DNA of 63,958 nt, counting the filler, from Octopus bimaculoides (lineage: Eukaryota): assembly GCF_001194135.2 (NCBI RefSeq). It is 3 parts of 3 records of this genome, joined end to end, with 100 filler letters (N's around TTAATTAATTAA, not from the genome) between each part and the next. Parts side by side here need not be neighbours in the genome. Positions count along the whole stretch, not along the records: positions 30,592 to 60,638 come from NC_068994.1; 2 more parts are not named here. One strand, 5' to 3'. The notes under the pieces were generated by a model. That model searched no databases and was not told where the DNA came from. It saw only the letters and a list, made by a program, of their open reading frames with translations. Position 1 is the first letter of the stretch; each line of letters begins with the position of its first letter. The position numbers were made by a program, and so were the translations under genes. This document shows, piece by piece, positions 37,645-50,530 of the stretch.

Positions 37645-38037
37645 TTGAACTGAGGGAACACATGGAAGTGAGAGACCCTGGAAAACATGAGACGAAATAC
37701 TGAAGAATGACCTCAGGATGCTGAACTTTTCAGATGAGATCACAAATGACTGAGACCCATACCACACATAAGTAGTGATAAGGCCACTCTCCCTGGTGAA
37801 AATGATTGGCTTGCAGGACTACTGCACGGGTGCCATGTAAAAGCGCTCGTGTGGTGCTACATAAAAGCACCCAGCACACCCTGTGAAGGGGTTGGCATTT
37901 GGAAGGGCATCCAGCCGTAGAAATCATGCCAAATCAGACTAGAGCCTAGTGCAGCTCTCCAGCTTGTCAGCTCTGGTCAACCCATCCAACCCATGCCAGC
38001 ATGAACAATGGATGTTAAATAATGATGATGATGATGA
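37645..38037 (+). mobile_element. RTE LINE C-terminal remnant plus 3' UTR tail
   Basis: RPWKT-DEILKNDLRMLNFS-like peptide followed by the GGAAGGGCATCCAGCC...CCAACCCATGCCAGCATG..GATGATG tail. Confidence 0.65.
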
Positions 38038-38839
38038 ATCCAAAAATAAACAAAATGTCTCTAAGCAGCTTGCCTGGCATGCCTACAATTCTGCTAGCTA
38101 CCATTAACTGACGGATAGCATCTGATTGTTAGTGTCTTGAATAACCGATCCATAATTTTGGCTTGCCTGAGAAATGGAAAACTGAAACTTTTATTATTTT
38201 CTTGTCTGTGAGTTGAAACATCTTTATGGATAAAGAATGCAAGGCTACCATGAATTGTTCAAGTTGATCAGCAACATAAACACATTGTAATTTTGGGGAT
38301 GAAAATTACTAACCACTGGCAATTTGGTTCAGTTGTTATTTTTACCAGTCCTAGCTTAAATTCATTTAATGTTTGTGCCGTGTAGAAAAGAGCTTAACAA
38401 AAGTGAAGTGGGTAAAAAACACAAATGAAACAAGAAAAAAAAAAAAAGATAAAGGTAGGGAATTAAAAAGATGGAATTTTGAAGAATTATTTTTGTGACA
38501 AACATTAATACTGAAAAATGCCTGAAAGAGGTGATGGAGAGGAAGCGAGTTAGAAAATTTTGAAAAACATGGATGTTTAAAAAGACTTTTTACTTTAAAT
38601 ATAAATTACAAGTGTTTCACAGTGTGTAATATTATAAATTAACGAAAAATACAAAAAAAAAACAAAAAAAAGAAAATTTTATCCTTACTTGTTTCCAAGC
38701 AAGGTGATATTTTTTCATGGCTAGACATTCTTTTGCAGATTACTGGAAGTGAATAACCCTGCTTGTATGACAGTAACACTCATTCACAACTGTCACATAA
38801 TGTCAAGACTATGACATATACATACATACTATATATATA

Positions 38840-39545
38840 TAGGGTGTTCCTGCTAAATTTGAGGATCTTTTTATGTCTTCTTTTTTCAGGAACAGCGTAA
38901 TGTATTTGTGAACAGTCAACAGTATTGGAGAGCATAAAGATTAAAAGTTGACTAACTATTTAACCATCTGAACATTGGAAAAGGGTTACCTGTATCTTGA
39001 TGATTCATGCCAGTTATCAAAATGCCATTATCATAACTACTGCTCACTGCTTTTTAAAGACTGTGAGATATGATATGGACAGCTGCAATGAAGACTACGA
39101 AGCTGTGTCCAGCAGGAAGGAACAAAGCAGGCATTCTGATTGCATCTGCATGCTGGAATTAATCCAAAAACTGCAGGACTAGGCCTTGGGCTCATTTCAT
39201 GTTAAGCTGCTGGAGACTGGCTAATCCCTGCCTGGAGAAGGTTGCTGCCGATAGGCCATATGTGTGGCAGCAAGATTTAACTCCTTGCCATACCTCTGGA
39301 AAGAGTCAGAAATAGTTGTCGAAGATTTTCTAAAACTTCACCAGCCCCAATTTCTAGCTTCTTAATCCCCCTGGTCGTAACCCGCTGGATTACTATGTGT
39401 GGGATACAGTTGAAAAAGACACCAATTGCTCTGTTTGCAACACTTAGGCTGAGCTGGTGGCCAAGATCAAGGTGGTGTTTGAAGATCTTCCTTGAGACAC
39501 AAGAATGTAAGTACCAGGTCCAGAGCTGTCTTCTCAAATACAGCA
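38840..39545 (+). mobile_element. Deleted mariner-like relic
   Basis: SP-RNPLDYYVW..VEKDTN motif near 39366-39425; N-terminal portion resembles the 26345-27601 element. Confidence 0.6.
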
Positions 39546-39599
39546 AATGTCAGTCACTCCTTTGTGAGGCTCAGCATCTAAAGATCATTTCTCATTACT

Positions 39600-39860
39600 T
39601 TGTCCCACAACTTCCTGGGTCTAGTCCTTCCACAATTAGAAATTAGCACTTCTTTATGCAGCTGTCCTCATCCATATGCATCCTGTATCCATACCAGTGC
39701 AGTCTTCCCTCTTGCACACTACATTTAATTCCTCTTACGTCCAGTTTTTCTCTCAATGCATTTACCCTTTGTTTTACATGCACACTGACATTACCCATCA
39801 AGTAGACCATGCTAGTTTCTTTTTTTTTTCCAAGCCTTCGCACATCCTCTACAGTCACAC
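39600..39860 (-). mobile_element. RTE C-terminal fragment
   Basis: LREKLDVRGIKCSVQEGRLHWYGYRMHMDEDSCIKKC. Confidence 0.7.
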
Positions 39861-40140
39861 CTCATGCTTCACTTCCATGTAGCATCATTCTTCATACACA
39901 GGCATCATACAATCTGCCTTTCACTCAGAGGGAGAGGCCCTTTGTTATGCACAATGGGTTTCTTTCAGTTTCTGTCTATAAAGTCTATTCACAAGGCTTT
40001 GCTCAGCCTAGGGCTAAAATGAAGACACTTGCTCAAGGTGCTGTGTAATGAGTCTGGACCATTAGCCATCTACTTAGGAAGGGAAATTCTTAACCACATA
40101 CACTTTCTTGCACCTATATACATGTGTGTGTTTGTGTGTA

Positions 40141-40204
40141 TAGAGTCTGATGAGCTGTCCACAAGGATATAGCTTTCATGGATACAAAACTGTCAGTCAC
40201 TCTA
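40141..40204 (+). ncRNA. Minimal type-I hammerhead motif (family H4), G12A
   Basis: Helix I TAGAGT/ACTCTA (6 bp perfect), CTGATGA, helix II ..TGTCCA/TGGATAC, C-AAAA, ACTG-T-CAGT palindrome, GUC triplet. Confidence 0.75.
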
Positions 40205-40434
40205 TGACTGAACTTTAACTTTGTTTTAATGTGTGTGTGTGTGTGTGATTATATGTATATATAAATATATATATGAGAGAGAGAGAATTATGTGAATAAA
40301 TAGATAAAACAGCTTGGGTTTGTTATACATATAAATAGAAAGGAAGCAGACTGAAAGTTTTTAGATGATGAATATTCTAGTATAATTATATAGATATTTA
40401 TATATTAACAGAGAAACTTATACAGAGTATAATC

Positions 40435-41030
40435 GATCATTTAACATCCATTTTCATGCTGGCATGGGTTGGATGGTTTGGCAAGAGCTAATGAGCCAGA
40501 TGATTGTACCAAGTTCTGCTTTGCTAGGGTTTTACAGCTGGATTTCCTTCTTCATGCCACCCACTTTATGGTGTATTGGGTGCTTATTTAAGTGGCACTA
40601 GTATGGATGAGGTCACCAAGTAACTTGTACAACAAAACCCCATCAGTTGAGAGGGGAGTGGTATTGAGGAAAGTGACTTTGTGCCTGGTGAGAAGTTGAA
40701 TTTTGATAGAGAAATAGAAGCAGTTGTCTTGTTGAGGCATATGGCTACTCCAGTCAGAGGAGAGAGACAAAAAAGATGGTGGTGAAGATGTGCCCGGACA
40801 TACCCTCAAGGTATAGGAAGGTGAATGTAAGTGGAGTGTTACAGAGGATTGGATAGGATGAGTGAGTAGGAAGTTCATGAGAGTACAAAATGGGAGGAGA
40901 CAAGAAATGCCGTGTGTGGTGATCATGGGTACATAGGGGTGCAGCAGTGATACTATTGGCAAGAGGAGGATAGAGAGATGACAAAGCAACATTAGGCTGT
41001 AGGAACAGTGAGATGGCAGAGACGAGCATG
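40435..41030 (-). mobile_element. Older RTE-type 3' UTR/tail
   Basis: TTTAACATCCATTTTCATGCTGGCATGGGTTGGATGG; a similar copy lies at 49340-49620. Confidence 0.55.
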
Positions 41031-42299
41031 ATGCATGATGAGATGTAGTTTAGTTCATTGGGTGGGGTGAATTAATATAATGTGAGCATAATACATGGAG
41101 CACATAATACGAGGTGGGTGGGTCTTCTCAAGAATCTCATTGCCAGACATCTCGGTCTATTGTCATCTCTTCTGTGAAACTCAACCTCCTGAATTCATAC
41201 AAGTAGTTGTTGAAAGGAAATAAAAGAAGTTGAAATTGCACGAAGAGTGTATAAGAGAATTTATTTATATTAATGCATTTAACTGGTTTCAACAGTAAAT
41301 TTTGAGGTATGTTGTGTCACAAACTATTTTGCAAGCAGTTGTTTGTGACATAGCTTGATATTCCTTAAAACTTATACTTTTGAAAATTATACAAATGTAA
41401 AACTGGTTAAGTGTATTAATATGTATATTAAAATAGAGAAAGATGCTAATAAATTAGTTTGAATTATATAAATTATGTTACAAAAAATGAATTATTATAG
41501 TTTCCATTATCTACAAAATTCTTAAAAATTCCAATTTGAATTTTAATTAAAAACTGTTTTCCAAGATTTTTTTTATTCTTGAAGATTCAAGCATATGCTT
41601 AAATTACAAAGCATTTTCTTATTTACTACTATCAGTCACAAAACAAACTTTATATTTATTGTAGCATAGGCTTGTCTATCTCTCTCACTCTCTACTGTTC
41701 TGTTTTCATTTAAGATAAGTGATTACAAAGTTCTGTTTAGCTTCTGAGAAAATATCTATGAAATATTTTTACATTATATCTATCACTTGCATCTATTGTT
41801 TGGTTTAACATGTTTTCAATGTCTTCCTCTCTTTAATCTTCATTCATAACCCTCACCATGTCATTGCATTTGAAACATTTTATCTTTCGTGGAACATTCT
41901 GGCATTTTCAAAAGTAATATATGGAAAAATATAAATCAAGTTAAGTCATTTTACTCAACTTTATGTCTGTCCACCACAAATATTGGAATCGTAAAAATCA
42001 CTAGAAAACTGTTAAAAGCACGTAAAACCATGTTACTGTACAATTAATAAGAAGAAAAGCATATAAAATCATATTAAAATATGTACAGTAAATGTTAAAA
42101 TACACACCATAAAGTAGTGTAGCTTATGAATGAAGTCATGAAATCAGCTGTGTTGTCTTATTTATTGGTCTTTCAGAGTTCATATTGTACTGTTCCAATA
42201 TCTACTGTTAGGTGTCGTTGTCACTTGTGATTCCAGTGATTGTTTTGAATTCAGATTTGTTTATATTTTGTTTGGTTTAACAGCTACTTTCTCATTCTC

Positions 42300-42723
42300 A
42301 TTCATTTGTGACTTTATTGTTTGCCCCCGTGGCCCCTAAGAAAATTCATAGTGAAAGTGCTAAGCACCCTGATAAAGCGCCATGAAAAAGGTAAAAAAGT
42401 GGAAGCAATTGCACGATCTTTTGGGATGAGTTGGACAGCTGTATCGGTGATTGTACATAAGGACAAGATTTTAGCACATATCAAATCTGAAACCCCAGGG
42501 ATGAAGAACACTGTCATCAATAAGAAAAAATTATTTGTTTGTAAGCTGAAAATAGGTTATTATTTACCATGTATTATTGAAAATGCATTCATAAATAAAG
42601 TACAGAACTGGGAATGGTCGTTATTGGTTTAGCCTAGAGACAAGTAAATTCGACCTAGCCTAGAGACAGGTTAATTCGACTTAAGTCGTGTCTCTTGGAC
42701 AGTTATCGACGTAGGTATGCCTG
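42300..42723 (+). mobile_element. Tigger/pogo-type transposon relic
   Basis: LIKRHEKGKKVEAIARSFGMSWTAVSVIVHKDKILAHIK (CENP-B/psq-type HTH); right end ...GTAGGTATGCCTG followed by TA. Confidence 0.7.
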
Positions 42724-44734
42724 TATATATGTATATATATGACGGACTTCTTTCAGTTTCCATCTGCCAAATCCACTCACAAGGCTTTGCTTAGCCTGAG
42801 GCTATTGTAGAAGACACTTGCCCAAGGTGCCATGGAGTGGGATTGAACCCAGAACTATGTGATTGGGAAGCAAACTTCTTACCACACAGCCACTTCTACA
42901 CATACACATATATATATACATACACATAAATACAACTATTTCAGTTTCTTTCTACCAAATCCACTTACAAGACTTTGGTTGACCTATCACTATAGTTTAA
43001 GATACTTGCCCAAGGTGTATAAAGTGCCAGATTTTAAAAAAAAAAGTACTGGAATTGATTTGTTCAACTAAAACCCTTGAAGGTGGTGTTTCCACCATGG
43101 CTACAGTCCAATGTTGGGAACAAGTAAAAGACAAAGGATACACACACACATACACGTGTGTGTATGTACTTGACAACTTGGCTTATGTCCTACAAAAAAT
43201 TAGCAGTTCAGTGAAAAACTCAGATAGAATAAGTACCAGAATTAAAACCAAGTACTGCTATTGTTTTTTTCTCAACTTGACCTGTCAATGTAGTGTCCTA
43301 GTATGGGTGGCACAGTCCAATGTCTGAAGTAAAGGAAAGATAAAATATTCTTTCTACTATGGGCACAAGGCCTGAAATTTTGAGGGAGAGGTCTCGTTCA
43401 CTACATTAACCCTAGTACTTGACTGGTACTTATTTTATTGATCCCGAAAGGATTTTACCCTGTGTACTAATGATTTTACCAGCTTGCTGCCTTAGTAATA
43501 TATAAAATATAATGATATTATGAATGGTCAAAGATCTGCATATCAATCTTAACTCCAAAAAAGAGACTAGCATTGACTTCTGGTACATTGATTCCCAATG
43601 TCAACCTAAGGGCATATTAACAGTAAATTTAAGAGGGGTCACTATTAAAAGGAGGAGTTGGGTTTAATGTAAAATCTTATAAGCCATGTTGTTATTATTG
43701 TTTAGCTCCAGGTTAGACATTATTGACTGATGACATTCCAATTATGGCCATCCTATCTTTTTAGGGCTGTGTAGGACTACATATATTTAACGCTTTAGTT
43801 TTCAGATTATTCTGTCAAATGTAATGCTTATTTATTTACATTGTTTTGAATTAATCATGCATTATCTCATATCTTCAAGATTTCAGTGATGTGATTGCTT
43901 ATTTTTACAATGACAGTGAAGGGTAGGTGTAAGAGGCTGGATGACTGGTTTGAACATAAGACAGGTTGAGTATTTGGGCTAGATATGGTTGGTTCAAATG
44001 CTAAGGGGTTAAAACAGTTAGGTGTTATTTAAGGGTGTTTCACCGACTATTTTTAACAAATTGAGTAACCTTGAGAGGTTCTCTCAACAGCTCAACCAAA
44101 TCTTGGTTTAGATAGTTATGTTTCTCCAACATGTGAAATTATGTTAAATTGAAAATGGTTTCAAATATTTTGCTCAAAGTAAGCAAATTTTAGGCAGAGA
44201 GAACAAAATAAAGTACCAGTCAAGTACTGGGATTGATGTAATTGACTGTTTTTTTAATTTTTATTTCATTGACCTTGAAAGGGTGAAAGGCAAAGCCATC
44301 TGCAGTAGCATTTGAAGTCAGAATATAAGTCAGAAATGTTGCTAAGCATTTTGTCCAGCATGGTAAGGATTCTCCCAGTTCACCACCTTTGGCACAATGC
44401 TAACAATTGTGAGGGTGAGAAGCACATTGATTAAATTGATGACCCCCAACACTTGACCGGTGCTTTATTTTATTGATCCGATAAGGTATGAAGCAATGTT
44501 GACCTCAGCAAGAATGTAAGGATCTAGAAGACATGGTACTAAGCATGTTCACTGACTTGCTAACCATTCTGCCATCTACCTATTTAAAACTAAACTAATA
44601 ATAAAGGTAATGTATATTAGTGATTGAGTAAATTCAGATTCTGTAACCTTTTAACTTTGAAGTTTAACCCTTTTAAAGATGATTATGATTATAATGAGAT
44701 GAGATAAAATATAATTTTCTCCATATGTATTAAG

Positions 44735-44758
44735 TCTTCTTTTCTTTTTTTTTTCCAG
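44735..44758 (+). promoter_or_regulatory. 3' splice acceptor of a 5' UTR intron of the ZNF gene
   Basis: Long polypyrimidine tract ending TTTTCCAG; an in-frame TAA at 44760 makes ATG 44790 the start. Confidence 0.75.
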
Positions 44759-44789
44759 ATAATAAAGTTTTTATGAAAGCCTAAGTGAC

Positions 44790-46235
44790 ATGATGGATAT
44801 GCATAGAAATAAGAAGGACTGCCCTATTCACACTGGCGATTTATACCACCACAAGACGCAGGAAATGAGAACTGCTGCTGAAGCGTCTGAGAAACATTCG
44901 CCAAGTTCCAGAGATGTTATGGGTACTTCTCATGTTGATGTTGTGCAATCTTGTCCAAGTGAAATGTACAAAGTTGCTGTCCCTGTCCGTACAATTCTTC
45001 CCAACCCCAAGAAATCTCTACTGCCGTCTGATAAACCCTTCTCCTGTGATGTCTGTGGTAAAAAATTTGCACGATTCAATATTTTGCAGAATCACAAAAA
45101 ACTACATTCAGTACATAATCCCACTGTTGGTGCCTTGCAACCTAGTGAAAAGCCATTTTTCTATGACATCAGCAATAACTTTGGTGCCCCAACCCATCAT
45201 CACACTCACGCACCACACACTGCACATGCTCCATTTGTTCCATCTTGGGACCTTGTCGAAATGCACAAGTTAGCTTATGAACGTATGCAGGCAGCAAATG
45301 CATCAACCTCTGAAACGCTCTCTGGCTCTGAATCTAAGTACCCTCCACTTGCAGAACTGTATCCCACACTACCATCATCTACTCAGTCTAACTCTCGTGG
45401 TGAACGCTCACATGATTTCTTAACATTCCGTGACAATATGGGGACCTCACATGAGACTGTCGCTTCTCCAAGTTCAACCCCAATCATTACTCCTTATCCA
45501 ACAGATTCGCCTTCAAATAATCATTTCAACTGTGTGCCTTCTTCTGCCTCTGAAAAATCCTTTGTCTGTGACATCTGCAAAAAGTGCTTTGCTCGACGTG
45601 ATACACTGCAATGTCATAGAAGAATTCATGATAATGAGAAACCATTTGGTTGTGAGACTTGTGGCAAGAAGTTTTCTCGTCGGGACAAACTCCAGTCTCA
45701 CCTCCGTGTGCATTCAGGAGAGAGGCCATTTCCCTGCAATATCTGCGGGAAAGCATTTGCTCAGTCAGACAAGCTCAAGTGCCATATTCGCACACACACA
45801 GGGGAGAAACCTCATCCATGTGACCTGTGCCCTAAAAGATTTGCAAGGAGGGATACCCTCCAGTGTCATAGGCGGACACATACCGGTGAGAAACCGTTCA
45901 TGTGTGACACATGCGAAAAGCGATTTTCACGTCGGGATAAACTGACATGTCACAGGCGCGTGCACACAGGCGAGAAGCCATTTGGATGTGAAGTCTGTGG
46001 CAAACAGTTTGCTCGTTCTGATAAGTTGCACCGACACAAACGTACTCATGACCCAACAAAAATCAAATCCTTACTTTCAATTCCAACTTCTGATGGTAAC
46101 AACAGCAGCCAAACCGAAAACCTATCTCCATTGAACAAAACTCTTTACTCTCATCAAGCACTTGCCTCTGTACTCCCTACAGCTAAAGATTACTCATCTA
46201 TGAGTACCAACATTTGGCAATCACTCTTTATTTGA
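44790..46235 (+). CDS. C2H2 zinc-finger protein, 481 aa, 1 + 6 fingers, single coding exon
   Basis: Intact ORF; CxxC-x12-HxxxH fingers with TGEKPF/SGERPF linkers. Confidence 0.95.
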   Translation: MMDMHRNKKDCPIHTGDLYHHKTQEMRTAAEASEKHSPSSRDVMGTSHVDVVQSCPSEMYKVAVPVRTILPNPKKSLLPSDKPFSCDVCGKKFARFNILQNHKKLHSVHNPTVGALQPSEKPFFYDISNNFGAPTHHHTHAPHTAHAPFVPSWDLVEMHKLAYERMQAANASTSETLSGSESKYPPLAELYPTLPSSTQSNSRGERSHDFLTFRDNMGTSHETVASPSSTPIITPYPTDSPSNNHFNCVPSSASEKSFVCDICKKCFARRDTLQCHRRIHDNEKPFGCETCGKKFSRRDKLQSHLRVHSGERPFPCNICGKAFAQSDKLKCHIRTHTGEKPHPCDLCPKRFARRDTLQCHRRTHTGEKPFMCDTCEKRFSRRDKLTCHRRVHTGEKPFGCEVCGKQFARSDKLHRHKRTHDPTKIKSLLSIPTSDGNNSSQTENLSPLNKTLYSHQALASVLPTAKDYSSMSTNIWQSLFI

Positions 46236-49200
46236 TAAAATGTCTTGCTCATCATCCTGTTCCAGTGTCCTGTGCTCTTCTTTCTCCACTCTCTCTCTCT
46301 AGCTTTCTGCCTGTCTGTCTCTCCAGTTCTCTGTTATCTACTTTAACTTTGGTATTAAATACTGCAACATTCCCATCTCAGTCCAACACTGCAGGGACAA
46401 GGGCACATACACACATATGGTAATACATATCCTGCTCATCATCCTGTTTCAGTTTTATAATCTGTCTTGTGCAAAAATCTTGCATAATGAAGCCTTCATT
46501 TGCTGAAGAATCTTTCAAGTGTATAAACATCAGGATCTAAGCAGCAGAATAAACCAAGGAAGCATGTTAATAATACAGTTTTTATCTTGAAGTGCAACAG
46601 TAAAAAAATGTTTCTTTATAACTGGAACCCTACCCTGTCCTTTCAAATGTTTAGCATGGCATCTGTTTACAGATACTATGAGTTCAAATTTTGCCAAGAT
46701 CATCTTTGTTTCATTTGTCTAGAGTTAATAAAATAAGGAATAGTGAAGTATAGAAGTCTTTTCTAAACCCACAGCAACCAGATTTTTTTCTGTTATGCTT
46801 ATAATATAAACTGTTATTATAGCTGGAACTGATATCAGTTAAATTGCAGGTTTTAGTTATGTTCTGAGTTTGAATACTGTGAACATCAACTTTTCTTTTC
46901 ATCTTTCTGGTGGTGGGGGTCAAAAAATGGAGTGCCAGTTAAGTGTTGGAGTCAATATAATTGGCTGTACCTTAACTCTTCATTATCTGTGGCATTGCAT
47001 CAGTCTAAGAAACCTTTATGGCAGTTGGAATCAATTAGCAGCAGAATAAAATGGAAATTTTGTTTGATTTACAAGGGGTGTTCATTAAAGATTTCCCCCA
47101 ACCCACTTCCCAAGGACTGGGATAAACAAAACTTAGCATAATTATTAGTTCTTCTCTACATAACCACCACCAATGGTGACACTCTTCTCTCATTGCTTTA
47201 TGCAGCTGTGAAAACCTTGTCTGTAGAAGTCGGTAGGTTGCATCTGGAGCCAAGACATTGCCTTGGAAATAAATTCATCATTATCCGAAGAGTGCTTTCC
47301 CTTCAAAAAAGACTTCATGGTTGGAAAGAAGTGGAAGTCAGGTGGTAGTTATATATATTTAAATCTCTATCTACAATCTATAACTCGTAGAGCTATAGGT
47401 GCACAACAGTATAGTATTTCAATATGTTTCAGGTCACCTGGTTTTGCCTGTTGGTTCCCCAAACAGTTCTGTAAACTGGGTGGTGTTCTTTTTTTTGTCA
47501 CCAACCATCTGATCATGAGACACCTCATATTCAATTACAGGGTGTTTGTACCATGTAGAACTTAATCTGACCATATTTTCAAATCTGTAAACTTTTAAAA
47601 TTCTGCCATTTCATACTACTAGCATTGTGTATCTATTTTCCACTGACGTTTTCACATCTAAAATCTGTAGGAGCTTCTATGCTGTTGCTCAAATTTCTCC
47701 TTGATCAAACCCTATCATAAAAAAAGGAAGGGCACATGAGATACTGTAGTCTCTTTCATACAAGATGGTCATGGCCAGAATGACTTTAATGGATCTGTTT
47801 GATCAGTAGGGTTGGAAATGGAAAATGTTTGGAAGCTTGTGTGTGTGTTTATTTTTTTGTGACAGAGGTTTGTTTGATACTAACAGATAAAAATTGGTGA
47901 TGATAGGAAGGTCATGGCTGGAAGGTATTTAATCATAACAAGTCTGATTAATCAAGGCTAAACAGTATCATTAGGGCTATCATTATCTCTGCTTCCTTGT
48001 TCCCATTGACTAAATAACATCTCAATCTGGATCCATGTTTCCTTTCTCCTCCAGCAGTCAGGCTTTTACTTTAACCTTTTAATATTCAAACTGGCCTAAT
48101 CAGGCCCAAATATTCTACCTGTTTTATGTTCAAACTGACCAGATCAGGTCTCTCACACCTACCCTACAATGTCATTCTAAGTGTAAGCAACCACAATCAA
48201 AATCTCAATGCATAATTAATTCAAAACAGTATGAATAAACATTACATTTGATAGAGTAATTTGAATGCTTTAAGGTCAAAGTGCCATTGACTATTCACAT
48301 AGCAACATTCATAATGGTTGCTACAGAACTATAATGTTCAAACCCAAGATTGATTTGTGATTTGCTACTTATTTTATATTTCTCAAAATTTTAAGGCCAG
48401 GCATGACTTTATAGCATGATAATGTTCACTCTACAATTACATGGTTCCAGGTTTCATCCTGCTACATGGATCTTTGAGAAATATCTTCTACCACAGTTTG
48501 GAAAAAAACATGTCTGGAGATGGGGAAATATAACTTTGCTTGGAAACAGTTGAGTATTAGCAACATTAAGGGCATCCAGCTGTAGAAAATCTGCCTCAAC
48601 AAGGTTTGATTAACCCATGTAAGCATAAAATAGGGAATGTTAAAATGATGATGATATACATACAATCACGGTTGTGGGTTTGATTAATAGACAAAATGCC
48701 CAGGGCTAGACACTTCATTTCATATTGCTCCAGTCTACTCAGCCAACTACTGGTGCTGCACTCTATCCAGCTGTCTCATTTAAGGATGTCTGTGTCTGCT
48801 TGTGACCACATAGGCCCTAAAGTAATTTGCAAAAGTATGGAACATTCTGCAAAGTTATCCTTGATTCTGAGTGATGGTCGTAGTATCTGTGTTTGTGTAC
48901 CGATTGTATGAATATATATCATTATTAAAAATAAAAATGTTATTTATTTAAATCAGTGATTCTCAACCATTTTTTTTTTTTTTTTGTCTATGGAACCACA
49001 TTGGTTCCTATTTTACTCAGGTAGATCTTCATAACCATTCCGTGTTTAAAAACTATAGTATTTTTATATCAAATAATGTTAGAAATTGTATTAAAAAAAT
49101 ATATATATTTTTTGCGTATTGTAGAAGTATAAGCAATTTATTTCAAATAAATTAACATCAAAATCTTATATAGATCGCGGTTGTGAACCACTGATTTAAA

Positions 49201-50089
49201 TGCTAAAAAGACTATTGCATGCCACTGTAAGTACAATTCAGTTTAACTAGTCAAAAAGAATCTGCAAATTCAGAACAGTTTTAAAAAGATCAGCATATCA
49301 TTATTACTGTGATATGTAGAGTATAATTGCTTTCATCATAATCATTTAACACCTCTTTTCCATGCTTGCATGGGTTGGATAGTTTAATGAGAGCCAACAA
49401 GCCACTGGACTGCACTATGCTCCAATGTCTGCTTTGGTATGGTTTCTGTGGCTGGATACCCATCCTAACATCAACCACTTAACAGACTGTACTGATTCCT
49501 TTTACATGGCACTGGTACTAGTGAGGTCATAAAACCAGACCTTCCCTCAAGTGAGGTGGGTGTAGTATTAAGGGAGATTACTTTATGTAATTGGGATACA
49601 TGGCAAGGACCTAGATTGGTAAGATCAACAATAGGTTTGTCTTAGTCGGCAGCTGGAAAGAAAAACGTATTTCACAGATTAATCAAGAGAGCCTGAGTGG
49701 AGGTGACCTGACACGTTGGCTACAAAGGAGTAGAGGCCACTATAGTAGCAGAGACAGCATATCTGTGAGTCGGGGTTTGGTGTGTACTGGCAAACAACTT
49801 CATACCAATCACTCAGGTGGTCTTCTATTGGAAGCAGCTTAGAATGTGTGTATATTAGCAACACCGCCCTAGATGAGGGAGTAGTATTCCATTGTCGACT
49901 TCACTTGATTTTTGTAATGGATTCGAAATTGTTGGGAGGAGCAAAAATATTTTCTGCCTCTTCAGAAGAGAAAGGCGAATATTTGGGACTATAGCAAAAA
50001 AAAAAATTGTTCTACTTTTACTTATGGTATTAAGTTTCAAACCACTTAGCATTAGAGCTATACTACTTGATAAACTATAATTCTGATTT

Positions 50090-50530
50090 AGGCGCAAAAC
50101 CAGCAATTTTGAAGGGAGAGGTAGGTCAAATACATCGACCCAGTGCTCAACTGGTACTTATTTTGTCGACTTCGAAAGGATGAAAGGGCAAGTCGATCTC
50201 GGTGGAATTTGAACTCTGGACGTGCTAACGATTTTTCCACCTCGCTGCTTTCCATGATCAACCATAATCCAATCTACTATTGGCACAAACATGAAATTGG
50301 TGGGGTTAGTCGATTACATCGCCTCCAGTATTCAGTTGGTACCGACTCCGAAAGGACGACAGGCAAAGTCGACGGAATTTGAAAACGGTTTTAAATTTTG
50401 GCACAAAGTCAGCAATTTTTGAAGGGAGGGTAAGTCGATCCTGGGCGGAATTTGAACTCGAATGTAAAGACAGAAGAAATGACGCTAAACAGTTTTCGCG
50501 GCGTGCTAACGGTTCTGCTAGCTCGCAGTC
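50090..50530 (-). mobile_element. Two tandem S5 SINE copies
   Basis: Repeated CGAAAGGATGAAAGGCAAAGTCGA..GGAATTTGAACTC motifs; head ..CGTGCTAACGGTTCTGCTAGCTCGC. Confidence 0.75.

Noticed and set aside
49678-49764. Possible + strand 87-nt exon INQESLSGG...
   Set aside because: Weak acceptor, no homology, and it sits beside RTE-derived sequence
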